Positions 1 through 9,345 are shown, counted from the stretch's first letter. The stretch: 64,000 bases of DNA from Candidatus Yanofskybacteria bacterium RIFCSPHIGHO2_01_FULL_43_32 (GCA_001794125.1 MGJF01000002.1:108514-172513); one strand, 5' to 3'. The notes: generated by a model from the letters alone, not told the origin. Numbers and translations are program-made.

Positions 1-1
1 T

Positions 2-1090
2 AGTGTTGCTCAAAACGCAACATTAAATGTTGTCAAAACAGTAATCAATGATAATGGTAGAACTAAAGTTGTTGCTGATTTTCCTTTGTTTGTGAAAGTC
101 GTAGGTGTCATCATGCCAGTTCTCTCTGGTGTAACCAACACCTTCTCTTCACCCTCCCCGGCCTATATTGTATCTGAAACCTCTGATCCTAATTATATTC
201 AAACATTTTCCGGGGATTGTGATGCTAATGGCTTGGTGCCTCATAATCCTGGTGATAATAAGTTTTGTATTATCACTAATAATGATATTGGTGCACCTGT
301 GATTCCCCCTGTGCCACCGTTAATTGATGTAGTTAAGGTTCCCAGTCCCTTGGCTTTGCCGGCAGGCCCCGGTCCTGTTACGTATACATATACGCTTACC
401 AATACCGGAACAGTTCCTGTAACTGACATAACGATGGTTGGCGACACTTGCAGTCCTATTAATCTTGTTTCCGGTGACAGCAATTCTGATGCCAAGCTTG
501 ATGTGAGTGAAACATGGATATATCGTTGCACTACGACGCTTTCCGAAACTCATACAAACATAGTCACCACAACAGGATGGGCTAATGGCATAAGTGCTGT
601 TGATATTGCAAGCGCTAAGGTTGTTGTCGGTGCTCCTATAGTACCGCCTTTGATTCACGTAACTAAAGTTCCGAGTCCGTTGGCCTTGTTTTCTGCGGGA
701 GGGGTAGTTACTTATACCGAAAAAGTTACAAACCCCGGAACCGTTGCGTTAAGTAATGTAAATCTTGTAGACGACAAATGCAGTCCATTAAAATATATTT
801 CAGGTGATGTAAACAGCAATTCAAAACTTGAGATGACTGAAACGTGGACTTATACTTGCAAATCTAATCTTACGCAAACCACAACAAATACAGTAACAGC
901 CGAGGGAAGTGCCAATGGCCTTACGGCAAGAGATATAGCGGTTGCCACTGTTGTTGTAGCTGCTCCAAAATTACCGGCTACGGGAATTACTCCTGATGTA
1001 AAAATTCCTTGGAACATAGTTATACCGGTTGGCATCTTAGCGGTTTTGGCTTCCTTCTATTTTGCCAGAAAAAAACAAATAACTATCTAA
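2..1090 (+). CDS. 5'-truncated sortase-anchored surface protein with two Ig-like (DUF11/DUF7507-type) repeats and a C-terminal LPxTG sorting signal
   Basis: Frame is open from position 2. Two ~110-aa repeats (VTYTY/E..TN.GTV....V.D..C), then LPATG, a hydrophobic helix and a basic tail RKKQ. Confidence 0.85.
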   Translation, partial: SVAQNATLNVVKTVINDNGRTKVVADFPLFVKVVGVIMPVLSGVTNTFSSPSPAYIVSETSDPNYIQTFSGDCDANGLVPHNPGDNKFCIITNNDIGAPVIPPVPPLIDVVKVPSPLALPAGPGPVTYTYTLTNTGTVPVTDITMVGDTCSPINLVSGDSNSDAKLDVSETWIYRCTTTLSETHTNIVTTTGWANGISAVDIASAKVVVGAPIVPPLIHVTKVPSPLALFSAGGVVTYTEKVTNPGTVALSNVNLVDDKCSPLKYISGDVNSNSKLEMTETWTYTCKSNLTQTTTNTVTAEGSANGLTARDIAVATVVVAAPKLPATGITPDVKIPWNIVIPVGILAVLASFYFARKKQITI

Positions 1091-1094
1091 TCAC

Positions 1095-1235
1095 ATGTTA
1101 TTAACTATCGGACTTGTACTTTTGGGTCTGTGGCTTGTAGGATTCACCTTTTTTCACGTAGCCGGTTTTCTTATCCATGTCCTTCTCGTTGTGGCTGTAA
1201 TAGTAGTACTTCTAAGAATTATAAGAGGAAAATAG
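1095..1235 (+). CDS. 46-aa lmo0937-family (DUF5670-like) small membrane protein, not in the ORF track
   Basis: Manual translation MLLTIGLVLLGLWLVGFTFFHVAGFLIHVLLVVAVIVVLLRIIRGK fits the LW..G...G.LIH.LLV.A family pattern. Confidence 0.8.
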   Translation: MLLTIGLVLLGLWLVGFTFFHVAGFLIHVLLVVAVIVVLLRIIRGK

Positions 1236-1254
1236 GATATTTTGGCCTAAGGCA

Positions 1255-1284
1255 GGAAAGGCCTCGCTGTGGCGGGGCCTTTCC
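1255..1284 (+). terminator. Intrinsic terminator-like hairpin
   Basis: ggaaaggcctcgc-tgtg-gcggggcctttcc followed by an AT/T-rich tract. Confidence 0.55.
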
Positions 1285-1308
1285 ATTATTAATTTTTTTG
1301 GAAAATCT

Positions 1309-1926
1309 ATGCAACTAAAAACACCATCAAAAAGAACATCGGTAACGGCTGTTCTTGCGGGATTTGTTGCGTTATCTCCGGCACTTTTTCTTTATTTTAT
1401 TCCAAAAATATCAACACATCGCAATCCGGTACCGATTACTGAAAATGTGGTTGTTCTTCAAACACAAGAACAAACAAGTGTTGGATTACCGTTGCGTCTA
1501 AAAATCCCGGTAATTAATATTGATTCCGCTGTAGAGTATGTGGGACTTGATTTTGACGGAGCGATGGATGTGCCAAAAAGCCAAGATAATGTAGGGTGGT
1601 TTGAAATTGGTTCACGTCCCGGAGGCAACGGCAGCGCAGTTATTGCCGGACACTACGGTCAGCAAAATAATAAGGGGTCAGTGTTTGATGACTTACACAA
1701 ATTACGCAAAGGCGATAAATTATATGTTGAAGATGAAAAGGGTGCGATTGTTGCCTTTGTAGTGCGTGAGAGCCGGAGATATGACCCGAAGGCAGATGCT
1801 TCAGAGGTTTTTAGTTCAAGTGATGGAAAAGCCCACCTCAACCTTGTTACTTGCGAAGGGGTTTGGGATGAAGCAACACAGCAGTACCCTAAACGGTTGG
1901 TGCTATTTACCGACAGAGAAGAATAG
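1309..1926 (+). CDS. Class F sortase
   Basis: N-terminal TM helix, AGH motif, LNLVTC catalytic Cys motif, downstream Arg (KRLV). Confidence 0.9.
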   Translation: MQLKTPSKRTSVTAVLAGFVALSPALFLYFIPKISTHRNPVPITENVVVLQTQEQTSVGLPLRLKIPVINIDSAVEYVGLDFDGAMDVPKSQDNVGWFEIGSRPGGNGSAVIAGHYGQQNNKGSVFDDLHKLRKGDKLYVEDEKGAIVAFVVRESRRYDPKADASEVFSSSDGKAHLNLVTCEGVWDEATQQYPKRLVLFTDREE

Positions 1927-1931
1927 CGCTC

Positions 1932-2101
1932 CATCTTATCTCAAACATCGCTCAGGCCATATGCCTTCCTTCGAACCAAAATAGATTTGCTCCAGCGGCA
2001 AATCTTTCTTGTCTCTCGGCATTTCGCAGAACCAAGCCGAAATACCCCCGAGTCCTTCTCTGAAGGCACATGCCCTTCGCTTGATAAACTGGGATGAGGT
2101 G
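1932..2101 (-). repeat. Structured repeat family 1 (three-stem, GCTTGGT/CGCYGGA loops), subtype A
   Basis: Closely similar to 51458-51630 and to the reverse complement of 41818-41950. Confidence 0.85.
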
Positions 2102-2109
2102 TCGCTTCT

Positions 2110-2137
2110 TCAACGGCTCACACATGTGAGCCGTTGA
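2110..2137. repeat. 28-bp palindrome, identical copy at 61313-61340
   Basis: tcaacggctcaca-ca-tgtgagccgttga. Confidence 0.9.
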
Positions 2138-2226
2138 AATTTGTGGGGAAAATGATATTTTATAGTTTGAGTACTCGGCTAAGATAGGGGCAGTGTGTTC
2201 TTGTAGAAAATTATCTAATTAATGTA

Positions 2227-3285
2227 ATGAAATTATTCCAGGAAAGAAAAATAGTTCGTGCTATTCAAAGTCAAATAAATAACTCTGACGAGCCAGGGGC
2301 TTATCGCACGTCGAATTTTGTACCAAAAGAAAGTTTCATTTTATATTTTTCTCAGTGGTTAATTAATGAAAAAGATAAATTAAATCGAGCTTCCCGCATC
2401 AAGCGTTACTTTATTGGGCTTAGACAAAACGAGGTCTCCGCTGCAGAACTGATGCAGGTGCTTCAATATTGCATTGATGACGGATATGTAACTAGAACTG
2501 AGTCTGACGGATACAGATTAACAAGTGCCGGAGCTTATCTGGCATCTTTATTTTTTTGGCTTCCTTCGATACCTGTTGCGGTATCTATAATAGCGATAGT
2601 AATTTCTTTTCTTGGCTTTTCTTATTCTAGGTCAACTTTTGAAAAACTTCTTCCAGAGCACCAAGCGAATATTATTTTTTCAGAAGAATCAATAAAGATT
2701 GCCGTTGACTCTAAAGGAGTTTGGTTTCAACCAGTCATTAAAAATATAGGGGTGACAACAGCAAGGGAGGTAAGATTTAGAATATATATTACACTTTTTC
2801 AAAAAAATAATCCGATTGCAGTTCCTGAATATTCCGTTAATCGAGTTTTTAATGACTATCTTGTGGCTGATTTAAATCCGGGTGAGAAAGCAAGTTTTGG
2901 GAGTTTTTCAATCGGAAGAACGTCAACAGCTAAAAATGGCAAAATCTTTGATTTATTTGAAGTCAAACCAGATGTGGCTATTATTTTTCACCTAAACTAT
3001 GTTGACCCTCTCTCTAAAAAAATAATGAGTAAGTTTTTTATTTTCCATTATTTTTATGGCAGGCTTTCCGCGAATTCACTAATTGGGGATGACTATCAAA
3101 TTATCAAGGATAAGATTGTTCAATATCTAGAGAACGAAGAAAACAAAGACCAAGAACTTGTTAATTTTGTCCGAGAAAAATATGAATTAAAAAAACACTT
3201 AGGTACCTCTGATGGCTTTAGTAAAATTTCGTTTGACTTTTTTATTTGTTTTCTAAGGATAGCTTCGTTCTTTTCTATAATTTAA
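2227..3285 (+). CDS. Hypothetical AT-rich membrane protein (possible winged-helix N-terminus, one TM segment, Ig-like C-terminal part)
   Basis: 352-aa ORF; hydrophobic stretch around aa 100-135; IKNIG..TA..V motif. Confidence 0.6.
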   Translation: MKLFQERKIVRAIQSQINNSDEPGAYRTSNFVPKESFILYFSQWLINEKDKLNRASRIKRYFIGLRQNEVSAAELMQVLQYCIDDGYVTRTESDGYRLTSAGAYLASLFFWLPSIPVAVSIIAIVISFLGFSYSRSTFEKLLPEHQANIIFSEESIKIAVDSKGVWFQPVIKNIGVTTAREVRFRIYITLFQKNNPIAVPEYSVNRVFNDYLVADLNPGEKASFGSFSIGRTSTAKNGKIFDLFEVKPDVAIIFHLNYVDPLSKKIMSKFFIFHYFYGRLSANSLIGDDYQIIKDKIVQYLENEENKDQELVNFVREKYELKKHLGTSDGFSKISFDFFICFLRIASFFSII

Positions 3286-3413
3286 AGGTGAGGATGGTTT
3301 TCGCGAGGCTTTGCCTGATTTTCTCATTTAAATTTAAGCCCAGCCCCATCGTTTTTATGTCACTTTGACGAGTCCCACACTCATGCATGAGTGTGGGACG
3401 AGGCGAATAAAAA

Positions 3414-3600
3414 GCGACGAAAGGTAACTGACTTAGAGGAACGACCCGCAGGCGCTTGGGCTTGGTTCTGCCAAGCGCCGAGGGAGAAGAAATTTTTATC
3501 GTCCCGATTTTTGTTCACAAAAATCGAGGATCCTCGATTGCGAAGCAATCGGGACTGGAATAAAAATATTCTGGTTCCGAGAAGTCAGTTGCCTTGAGCG
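3414..3600 (+). repeat. Structured repeat family 1, subtype B, carrying a palindromic insertion at 3501-3555
   Basis: Near-identical to 11230-11360 apart from the insertion. Confidence 0.85.
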
Positions 3601-3642
3601 AAACTCTTGCGCTCAAAAATTAGATATGTTTTAATAAACTTC

Positions 3643-4923
3643 GTGAAAGTTAACTATTTACTCATTGGAATAATTGTCGGGTCTCTGTTGCTCTTTGTTT
3701 TTGTGTATCCGCAGGGCGTAAGCAAATGGGTACCTGTGCCGAACGTGCCATTTCGTCTTGGTTTAGATTTGCTTGGCGGTACTCATCTTGTTTATCAGGC
3801 CGACCTTTCCAAATCGGAAAACAAAAATGATGCCATGCAGGGCGTCAGGGATGTAATTGAAAGAAGGGTTAATTTTTTCGGCGTTGCCGAGCCGTTGATT
3901 CAGATAAGCGGACAGGACCGTCTGATTGTTGAACTTGCCGGCATCAGCGACGTCGGTCAGGCCATCAAGTTGATAGGCGAAACCCCATTTCTTGAATTTA
4001 AAGAAACAAAAGCCGATACGCAGGCGATATTAGAGGCCCAGCAAAAGGGTCAGAGATTAAATGAAGATCCGTTGCAATCTACAGGGCTTAATGGCAGGCA
4101 TTTGAAACGGGCTGCGGTTGCGTTTGACCAGCAGACCTATCAGCCGCAAGTGAGTTTGGAATTAACCGACGAGGGCGCTAAACTCTTTGCCGAAATAACC
4201 AAGAAAAATTTAGGCAAGATAGTTGCGATATATTTGGACGGAGTTCCCATATCTACTCCCGTAGTCCAATCGGAAATTAAAGACGGCAACGCGGTCATTA
4301 CGGGAAAGTTCACTCCGATCGAATCCAAACTATTGGCGACAAGATTGAATTCCGGCGCTTTGCCTGTGCCGATATCTTTGGTTTCCCAGCAAACCATCGG
4401 CGCGTCTTTGGGAGCCGAATCTTTGGCAAAAAGTTTGAAGGCGGGGATTTACGGTTTGATATTGGTGGCTTTGTTCATGATTTTATTTTACCGGTTGCCG
4501 GGGGTGGTTTCGGTAATCGCTTTGGGGGTGTATGTTTTAATAGTCTTGTCTATTTATAAATTTATTCCGGTTACGCTGACCTTAGCCGGTATCGCCGGAT
4601 TTATTCTTTCGCTGGGCATGGCGGTGGACGCCAACGTTTTGATATTTGCCAGAATGAGGGAGGAATTAAAGGCCGGAAAATCAATCCGCGCGTCAATGCA
4701 TGAAGGGTTTTCACGCGCCTGGCTTTCAGTAAGGGACAGCCACGTGACCACTCTTATCGGCGCGTTTGTGCTGTACACGTTTACGACCTCTATAGTGAAA
4801 GGATTTGCCTTGACTTTGGGCATCGGAGTTTTGACGAGCTTGTTTACGGCTACGGTTGTGACAAGAACTATTTTGAATTTGATAAGCGGACCGAAAATGG
4901 AGAATAAAAAGAGGTTGTTCTAA
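3643..4923 (+). CDS. secD: Protein translocase subunit SecD (GTG 3643 preferred over TTG 3607)
   Basis: LGLDLLGG, GMAVDANVLIFARMREE motifs; TTGCGC-17-TTTAAT promoter-like sequence covers 3607-3635. Confidence 0.95.
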   Translation: MKVNYLLIGIIVGSLLLFVFVYPQGVSKWVPVPNVPFRLGLDLLGGTHLVYQADLSKSENKNDAMQGVRDVIERRVNFFGVAEPLIQISGQDRLIVELAGISDVGQAIKLIGETPFLEFKETKADTQAILEAQQKGQRLNEDPLQSTGLNGRHLKRAAVAFDQQTYQPQVSLELTDEGAKLFAEITKKNLGKIVAIYLDGVPISTPVVQSEIKDGNAVITGKFTPIESKLLATRLNSGALPVPISLVSQQTIGASLGAESLAKSLKAGIYGLILVALFMILFYRLPGVVSVIALGVYVLIVLSIYKFIPVTLTLAGIAGFILSLGMAVDANVLIFARMREELKAGKSIRASMHEGFSRAWLSVRDSHVTTLIGAFVLYTFTTSIVKGFALTLGIGVLTSLFTATVVTRTILNLISGPKMENKKRLF

Positions 4924-4924
4924 A

Positions 4925-5827
4925 ATGAATAAAATCTATAAAATAATGTTCTGGGTCTCGATATTGCTGGCGGCTTCGGCTGTTATTGTTGTCTTAGTGT
5001 TTGGCTTGAGGTTGGGAGTTGATTTTAAAGGGGGAAGTGTTCTTGAGCTGGAGTTTAATCCGTCGGCTGGCGGAGGGAGACCGGAAATTGAAGCCATTCA
5101 AAAACATCTTTCCGAATTTAAAGATTTGTCGCTGACCCCCTCCGGGGCAAACGGCCTTATAATAAGAACCGGAGAATTGTCGGAACAGGACCACCAGATT
5201 ATTCTGAATAAATTTAAAACAGCTTTTCCGTCCTCCGGCCTGGAAGAAAGAAAATTTGATTCAGTGGGGCCTTTGATCGGGAATGAATTAAGGAATAAAA
5301 GCGTTACCGCAATAATATTGGTGTTGTTGGGAGTAATTATTTATATAGCCATTGTGTTCAGAAAGTTGTCGGGAGTATTGCCCGGCTGGGCAATGGGTCT
5401 TGCCGCGATTGTCGCTCTTGTTCACGATATTGTCATACCAACTGGAGCATTTGCTTTGCTGGGTCATTTTTACGGAATTGAAATAAGCGCCGTATTCGTA
5501 GCCGCGGCTCTTACTATTTTGGGATATTCGGTTTCCGATACCGTGGTTGTGTTTGATAGGGTCAGGGAGAATATTTTAAGAGGCGGAAATAGAGAAGCTT
5601 TTGGCGCCGTGGTCCATAAAAGCATCATGCAAACTTTGACCAGATCGCTTAACACCACATTTACAACCTTATTGTCTTTGATAGCGATTTATTTGTTTGG
5701 TGGGGAGAGTATTAAATACTTTGCTTTGGCCATGATTATGGGTATTTTTCTGGGAGCGTATTCTTCCATATTTGTCGCGTCGCCCTTATTGGTTTGGTGG
5801 AATAAAAGGTACGGGGTTGACGGCTAA
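4925..5827 (+). CDS. secF: Protein translocase subunit SecF
   Basis: GVDFKGG, GYSVSDTVVVFDRVREN; directly follows secD. Confidence 0.95.
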   Translation: MNKIYKIMFWVSILLAASAVIVVLVFGLRLGVDFKGGSVLELEFNPSAGGGRPEIEAIQKHLSEFKDLSLTPSGANGLIIRTGELSEQDHQIILNKFKTAFPSSGLEERKFDSVGPLIGNELRNKSVTAIILVLLGVIIYIAIVFRKLSGVLPGWAMGLAAIVALVHDIVIPTGAFALLGHFYGIEISAVFVAAALTILGYSVSDTVVVFDRVRENILRGGNREAFGAVVHKSIMQTLTRSLNTTFTTLLSLIAIYLFGGESIKYFALAMIMGIFLGAYSSIFVASPLLVWWNKRYGVDG

Positions 5828-5897
5828 GAATAGTAATGATATTATATGTTCAAAGTTTAATTAAAGGGAATTACTTGGAGGGTATCGCCCTGTTTAT

Positions 5898-6968
5898 ATG
5901 AGCAAAAACAATTTAAATCTGTCAGGTCAGAGCGCGGTCACAAAGACGGTCGCAAGTTTGGTCAAAAACTTATCGGCAAGAAACAGGGACATAATTTCCA
6001 GACGTTTTGGGTTGAAGAACGGCAGGAAAGAAACCCTTGAATCCATCGGCAAAAGCTACGGCATTACCAGAGAGAGAGTGAGACAGATAGAGGAATTTAC
6101 CCTGACACAATTATCCAAAGGAACCCTCAATCCCGAAGTGGAAAAATATGCCGCTTTGGCCAAGAATATTTTGAACGAGAACGGCGGAATTATGAAAGAA
6201 AAAGATCTGTTCAAGGCCTTCTCCGGCAGTGACGCCGAATCGGTTCTCAATTCGTCTTTGGTTTTTGTTTTGACCTTGGACAAAGACCTGATTAAATTCA
6301 ACGATAACGATGATCTTCATTCTTTCTGGGCGGCCGACAATAATGTTCTGAATAATTTTAAAAACATGGCCTCGTCCTGTATAAATATTTTGGGTAAGTC
6401 GGGAAAAGTAAGTGCGGAGACGGAATTTTATAATTTAGCTAAAAAGAACGATGTTCCGGGATTAAACGGAGATCTTAATCCAAGGCACCTGGCGACTTAT
6501 ATAACGATTTCCAAGAACGTGGGCAAGAATATTTTTAATGAAGTGGGGCTGGTGTCCTGGCCGGAAATCAGACCCAAAGGCGTAAAAGACAAGGCCTACT
6601 TGGTGCTGAAGAAGAATAATGATCCTAAGCATTTCAGCGAGATTGCCAAACTGATAAATGCCGCCGGATTTCAGGGCAAGAAAGCGAATGTTCAGACCGT
6701 CCACAATGAATTGATAAAAGACAACAGGTTCGTTCTGGTAGGCAGGGGAATGTACGCCTTATCAGAATGGGGCTATAAATCCGGAACAGTAAAAGACGTC
6801 CTCGTCGACCTCCTGAAGAATTCTTCAAAACCGATGCCCAAGACCGCTCTTTTGACCAAAGTGATGAACGCCAGAATGGTAAAAGAAAACACGATTCTCT
6901 TGAATCTCCAGGACTCCAAGACCTTCGTTAAGAACGAAGACGGAACCTACGAATTAAAAGAGGCCTAA
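5898..6968 (+). CDS. Sigma-70 region 4 HTH plus C-terminal HARE-HTH/RNAP delta-like protein
   Basis: ETLESIGKSYGITRERVRQIE; HFSEI..TVHNELIKDNRFVLVGRGMYALSEWG. Confidence 0.85.
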   Translation: MSKNNLNLSGQSAVTKTVASLVKNLSARNRDIISRRFGLKNGRKETLESIGKSYGITRERVRQIEEFTLTQLSKGTLNPEVEKYAALAKNILNENGGIMKEKDLFKAFSGSDAESVLNSSLVFVLTLDKDLIKFNDNDDLHSFWAADNNVLNNFKNMASSCINILGKSGKVSAETEFYNLAKKNDVPGLNGDLNPRHLATYITISKNVGKNIFNEVGLVSWPEIRPKGVKDKAYLVLKKNNDPKHFSEIAKLINAAGFQGKKANVQTVHNELIKDNRFVLVGRGMYALSEWGYKSGTVKDVLVDLLKNSSKPMPKTALLTKVMNARMVKENTILLNLQDSKTFVKNEDGTYELKEA

Positions 6969-6972
6969 AAAC

Positions 6973-7006
6973 AAAAGAGCCCCGCTACAGAGTGGGGTTC
7001 TTTTTT
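6973..7006 (+). terminator. Intrinsic terminator
   Basis: aagagccccgct/agtggggttctt hairpin plus T-tract. Confidence 0.75.
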
Positions 7007-7014
7007 ATAGCTGA

Positions 7015-7134
7015 CGCAACCTCTATGCATGCGGAGGGAGACACCTTTTTAAAAATTTGTTAATTTTGTAAAAAGTGTCTCCCTCCGCCGGTTGTTTAAG
7101 TGGCAAATGGCGGTTGGCCATAGAGATTCAAACT
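7015..7134 (+). repeat. Repeat family 2 (CAACC-hairpin-GGTTG with a tail ending TCAA)
   Basis: Homologous to 7933-8029, 11051-11191, 15208-15328, 22381-22499, 37907-38025 and 61360-61457. Confidence 0.85.
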
Positions 7135-7186
7135 CTCTCTGATTAAAACCGGTTCAAAAGGCAGGTTGGACGTACCTTACGCAGGG

Positions 7187-7215
7187 TTGACTTTATAAAC
7201 TTTCTCTGCTATAAT
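7187..7215 (+). promoter_or_regulatory. Sigma70 promoter of the DUF397 gene
   Basis: TTGACT-17 nt-TATAAT. Confidence 0.75.
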
Positions 7216-7254
7216 TTAGAGCGCAGTCGGCAATGACTGCAGAAAGGAAAAGAG

Positions 7255-7464
7255 ATGCTCAGTCGTATCAGAGTTCGCGATAGGGACTTCAAGATTTCGT
7301 CTTGGTCCAAGAACAATCCGAAGACTTGCGTCGCTGTGGCTATCAAGCCCAACGGCGTGGCTGTCCGCAACAGCAATGACTCGACGAAGAATACCGTGTT
7401 CTTCACCAACGATGAGTGGTCCGCCTTCGTCAAGGGCGTCAAAAACAACGAATTCGGTGTCTAA
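7255..7464 (+). CDS. DUF397 family protein
   Basis: FKISSWS....CVAVA.....VAVRNS....F...EWSAFVKGVKNNEF pattern; own promoter; G/C hairpin plus T-tract at 7472-7500. Confidence 0.85.
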   Translation: MLSRIRVRDRDFKISSWSKNNPKTCVAVAIKPNGVAVRNSNDSTKNTVFFTNDEWSAFVKGVKNNEFGV

Positions 7465-7513
7465 CCCGAACGGGGGGCAGAAATACCCCCCCCTTTTTTT
7501 AACCATTAAATTT

Positions 7514-7912
7514 ATGAAAACAATATTTTACCCAGGATTAGGAGAAACAAAGAAAAACTATAAATCATTATCTAAACATTTAATCGTGGCTGATATTGAT
7601 TGGAATACAGGAAAAGCCACATCTTCAAAAAACTGCGACACAGTTGTGAGTTTTTCGCTTGGAGCTGTTTTTTCTCTGGAGGCAGCTCTTAAAAGAAAAC
7701 TAAAAAAACTTATTCTTTGTTCGCCTACCCCATTTGAATCATTGGGCAAACACAAGGCAGAACAGGTGATTTTTATAATTGGTGAAAGGGAAAAATTTTT
7801 ACAAAAAATATTCAAACCATTATGTAAGAAAAATGTAAAAATGATTATAGTGCCAAAGGGAGATCATCGAATAAACAAAAATTACAAAAAGATACTTCTG
7901 CAAAACATATAA
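7514..7912 (+). CDS. Small alpha/beta-hydrolase-like protein
   Basis: PGLG, SFSLG nucleophile-elbow-like motif, C-terminal GDH; ATG 7514 follows the terminator. Confidence 0.6.
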   Translation: MKTIFYPGLGETKKNYKSLSKHLIVADIDWNTGKATSSKNCDTVVSFSLGAVFSLEAALKRKLKKLILCSPTPFESLGKHKAEQVIFIIGEREKFLQKIFKPLCKKNVKMIIVPKGDHRINKNYKKILLQNI

Positions 7913-7932
7913 AATATGGGGGTAACCATACC

Positions 7933-8029
7933 TTGAACCTCTCCTGCCAATTGCCATTTATCCGCCCAAACAACCGGCGACAGAGAGTTTTGCGGGCTAA
8001 AGCACCGCACACTCCGAGAGAGGTTGTGT
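7933..8029 (-). repeat. Repeat family 2, divergent copy
   Basis: Minus strand reads cacaacctct...cgccggttgttt...aattggca...gttcaa. Confidence 0.7.
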
Positions 8030-8078
8030 AAGCTGTTCTCTTTTAATTTAGCGCTTGCAGTAGTATAATGCATAGGTA

Positions 8079-9329
8079 ATGGATCAATTCTCTTTTGCTT
8101 TAGATTCTCTGCAAACTGTTTTGTGGTTTCTTGCTGGTTATTGGTGGATATTTCTGCCGGTTTTGTTGTTTTTTGGCCTGATGACCGCCTTTGAGACCTA
8201 TACAAAAATGAAATACATCAAATCCATAAAATGGACTCTTGTGAATTTGAAAATTCCGCAAGACCCCGGCAAGAGTCCCAAGGCCACGGAGCAAATATTT
8301 GCCGCGCTCCACGGTACTTTGCCTCCTCCGATAATATGGAGAAACAAATTTTTTAAGGGTACTATGGTTAACTGGATTTCTTTAGAGATAGTCGGTATCG
8401 GAGGAGAAACCCATTTTTACGTAAGAATGCCGGAACAATTTAAGAAATTGGTTCAATCCCAGATTTACGCGCATTATCCCGATGCGGAAATTTCTGAAGT
8501 TGCCGACGACTATGTTAACTTACTGCCTGCGTCTTTGCCAAATGATGCGTACGACCTTTTTGGGTCGGAAATAATTTTAAGCAAGGAGGATTTTTACCCT
8601 ATCAGGACTTATCCCGAATTTGAAGAGAAGTCCAGCGGTCCCGATTATGTAAAAAGAATTGACCCCTTGGCATCCTTGGCGGAAGTTCTTTCGAGTTTAG
8701 AAGCGGGCGAATTCTTGGGCGTACAATTGATTATCAGGCCGACCGGAGACGGTTGGGTTAAAAAAGGCCAGTCCGAGATGGATAAATTGCAAGGCAAGAA
8801 GTCTAAAGCCGGAGAAAGCATGCTGTCTAATCTTGTTTTTGAAATTGATAAAATTATTCCCGGGCATGTGGAGGTTGAAAAATCAGAAAAGAAACCGGAA
8901 CAAACTCAATTAACTTCGGGCAAACAGGAAGCCATAAAAGCGGCTGAAAGAAAAATGTCTAAGCTTGGCTACGAATGCGGAATAAGATTTATGTATTCGG
9001 GGCCCAAAGAGAATTTTCACAGAGCTCACATATCCGGCGTAGTGGGGGTTTTTAAGCAGTATGCTTTGCAGACCATTAACAGCTTTAAGCTCAATGGTCC
9101 TACGATAACCGCCGGCAAATGGCCTTTCAAAAAACAGAAAGAGTATAACAAAAAAATATTTTTCTTAAATAAATATAAAAACCGGTCATTGCCGGCGAAG
9201 GCCTTTATACTGAACATAGAGGAATTAGCAACGATATACCATCTTCCTGATATCGGCGTGAAGTCGCCGTTACTGCCGAGGGTTGAAGCAAAGAAAGGCG
9301 AACCGCCGGTCGGGTTGCCCATAGGTTAG
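8079..9329 (+). CDS. Conserved membrane-anchored protein preceding a VirD4/TraD-like ATPase
   Basis: N-terminal TM; EQIFAALH, ISLEI, YPDAEISEV and ELATIYHLP motifs. Confidence 0.7.
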   Translation: MDQFSFALDSLQTVLWFLAGYWWIFLPVLLFFGLMTAFETYTKMKYIKSIKWTLVNLKIPQDPGKSPKATEQIFAALHGTLPPPIIWRNKFFKGTMVNWISLEIVGIGGETHFYVRMPEQFKKLVQSQIYAHYPDAEISEVADDYVNLLPASLPNDAYDLFGSEIILSKEDFYPIRTYPEFEEKSSGPDYVKRIDPLASLAEVLSSLEAGEFLGVQLIIRPTGDGWVKKGQSEMDKLQGKKSKAGESMLSNLVFEIDKIIPGHVEVEKSEKKPEQTQLTSGKQEAIKAAERKMSKLGYECGIRFMYSGPKENFHRAHISGVVGVFKQYALQTINSFKLNGPTITAGKWPFKKQKEYNKKIFFLNKYKNRSLPAKAFILNIEELATIYHLPDIGVKSPLLPRVEAKKGEPPVGLPIG

Positions 9330-9345
9330 GCCGGATAATTAAATT

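Noticed and set aside
7376-7513. N-terminal extension of ORF 7376-7912
   Set aside because: It overlaps the DUF397 gene and crosses its terminator; ATG 7514 is more plausible.
7920-8030. Possible SRP RNA
   Set aside because: No SRP domain IV motif (TCAGG...GGAAG...AGCAG) is present, and the sequence is explained as a family 2 copy.
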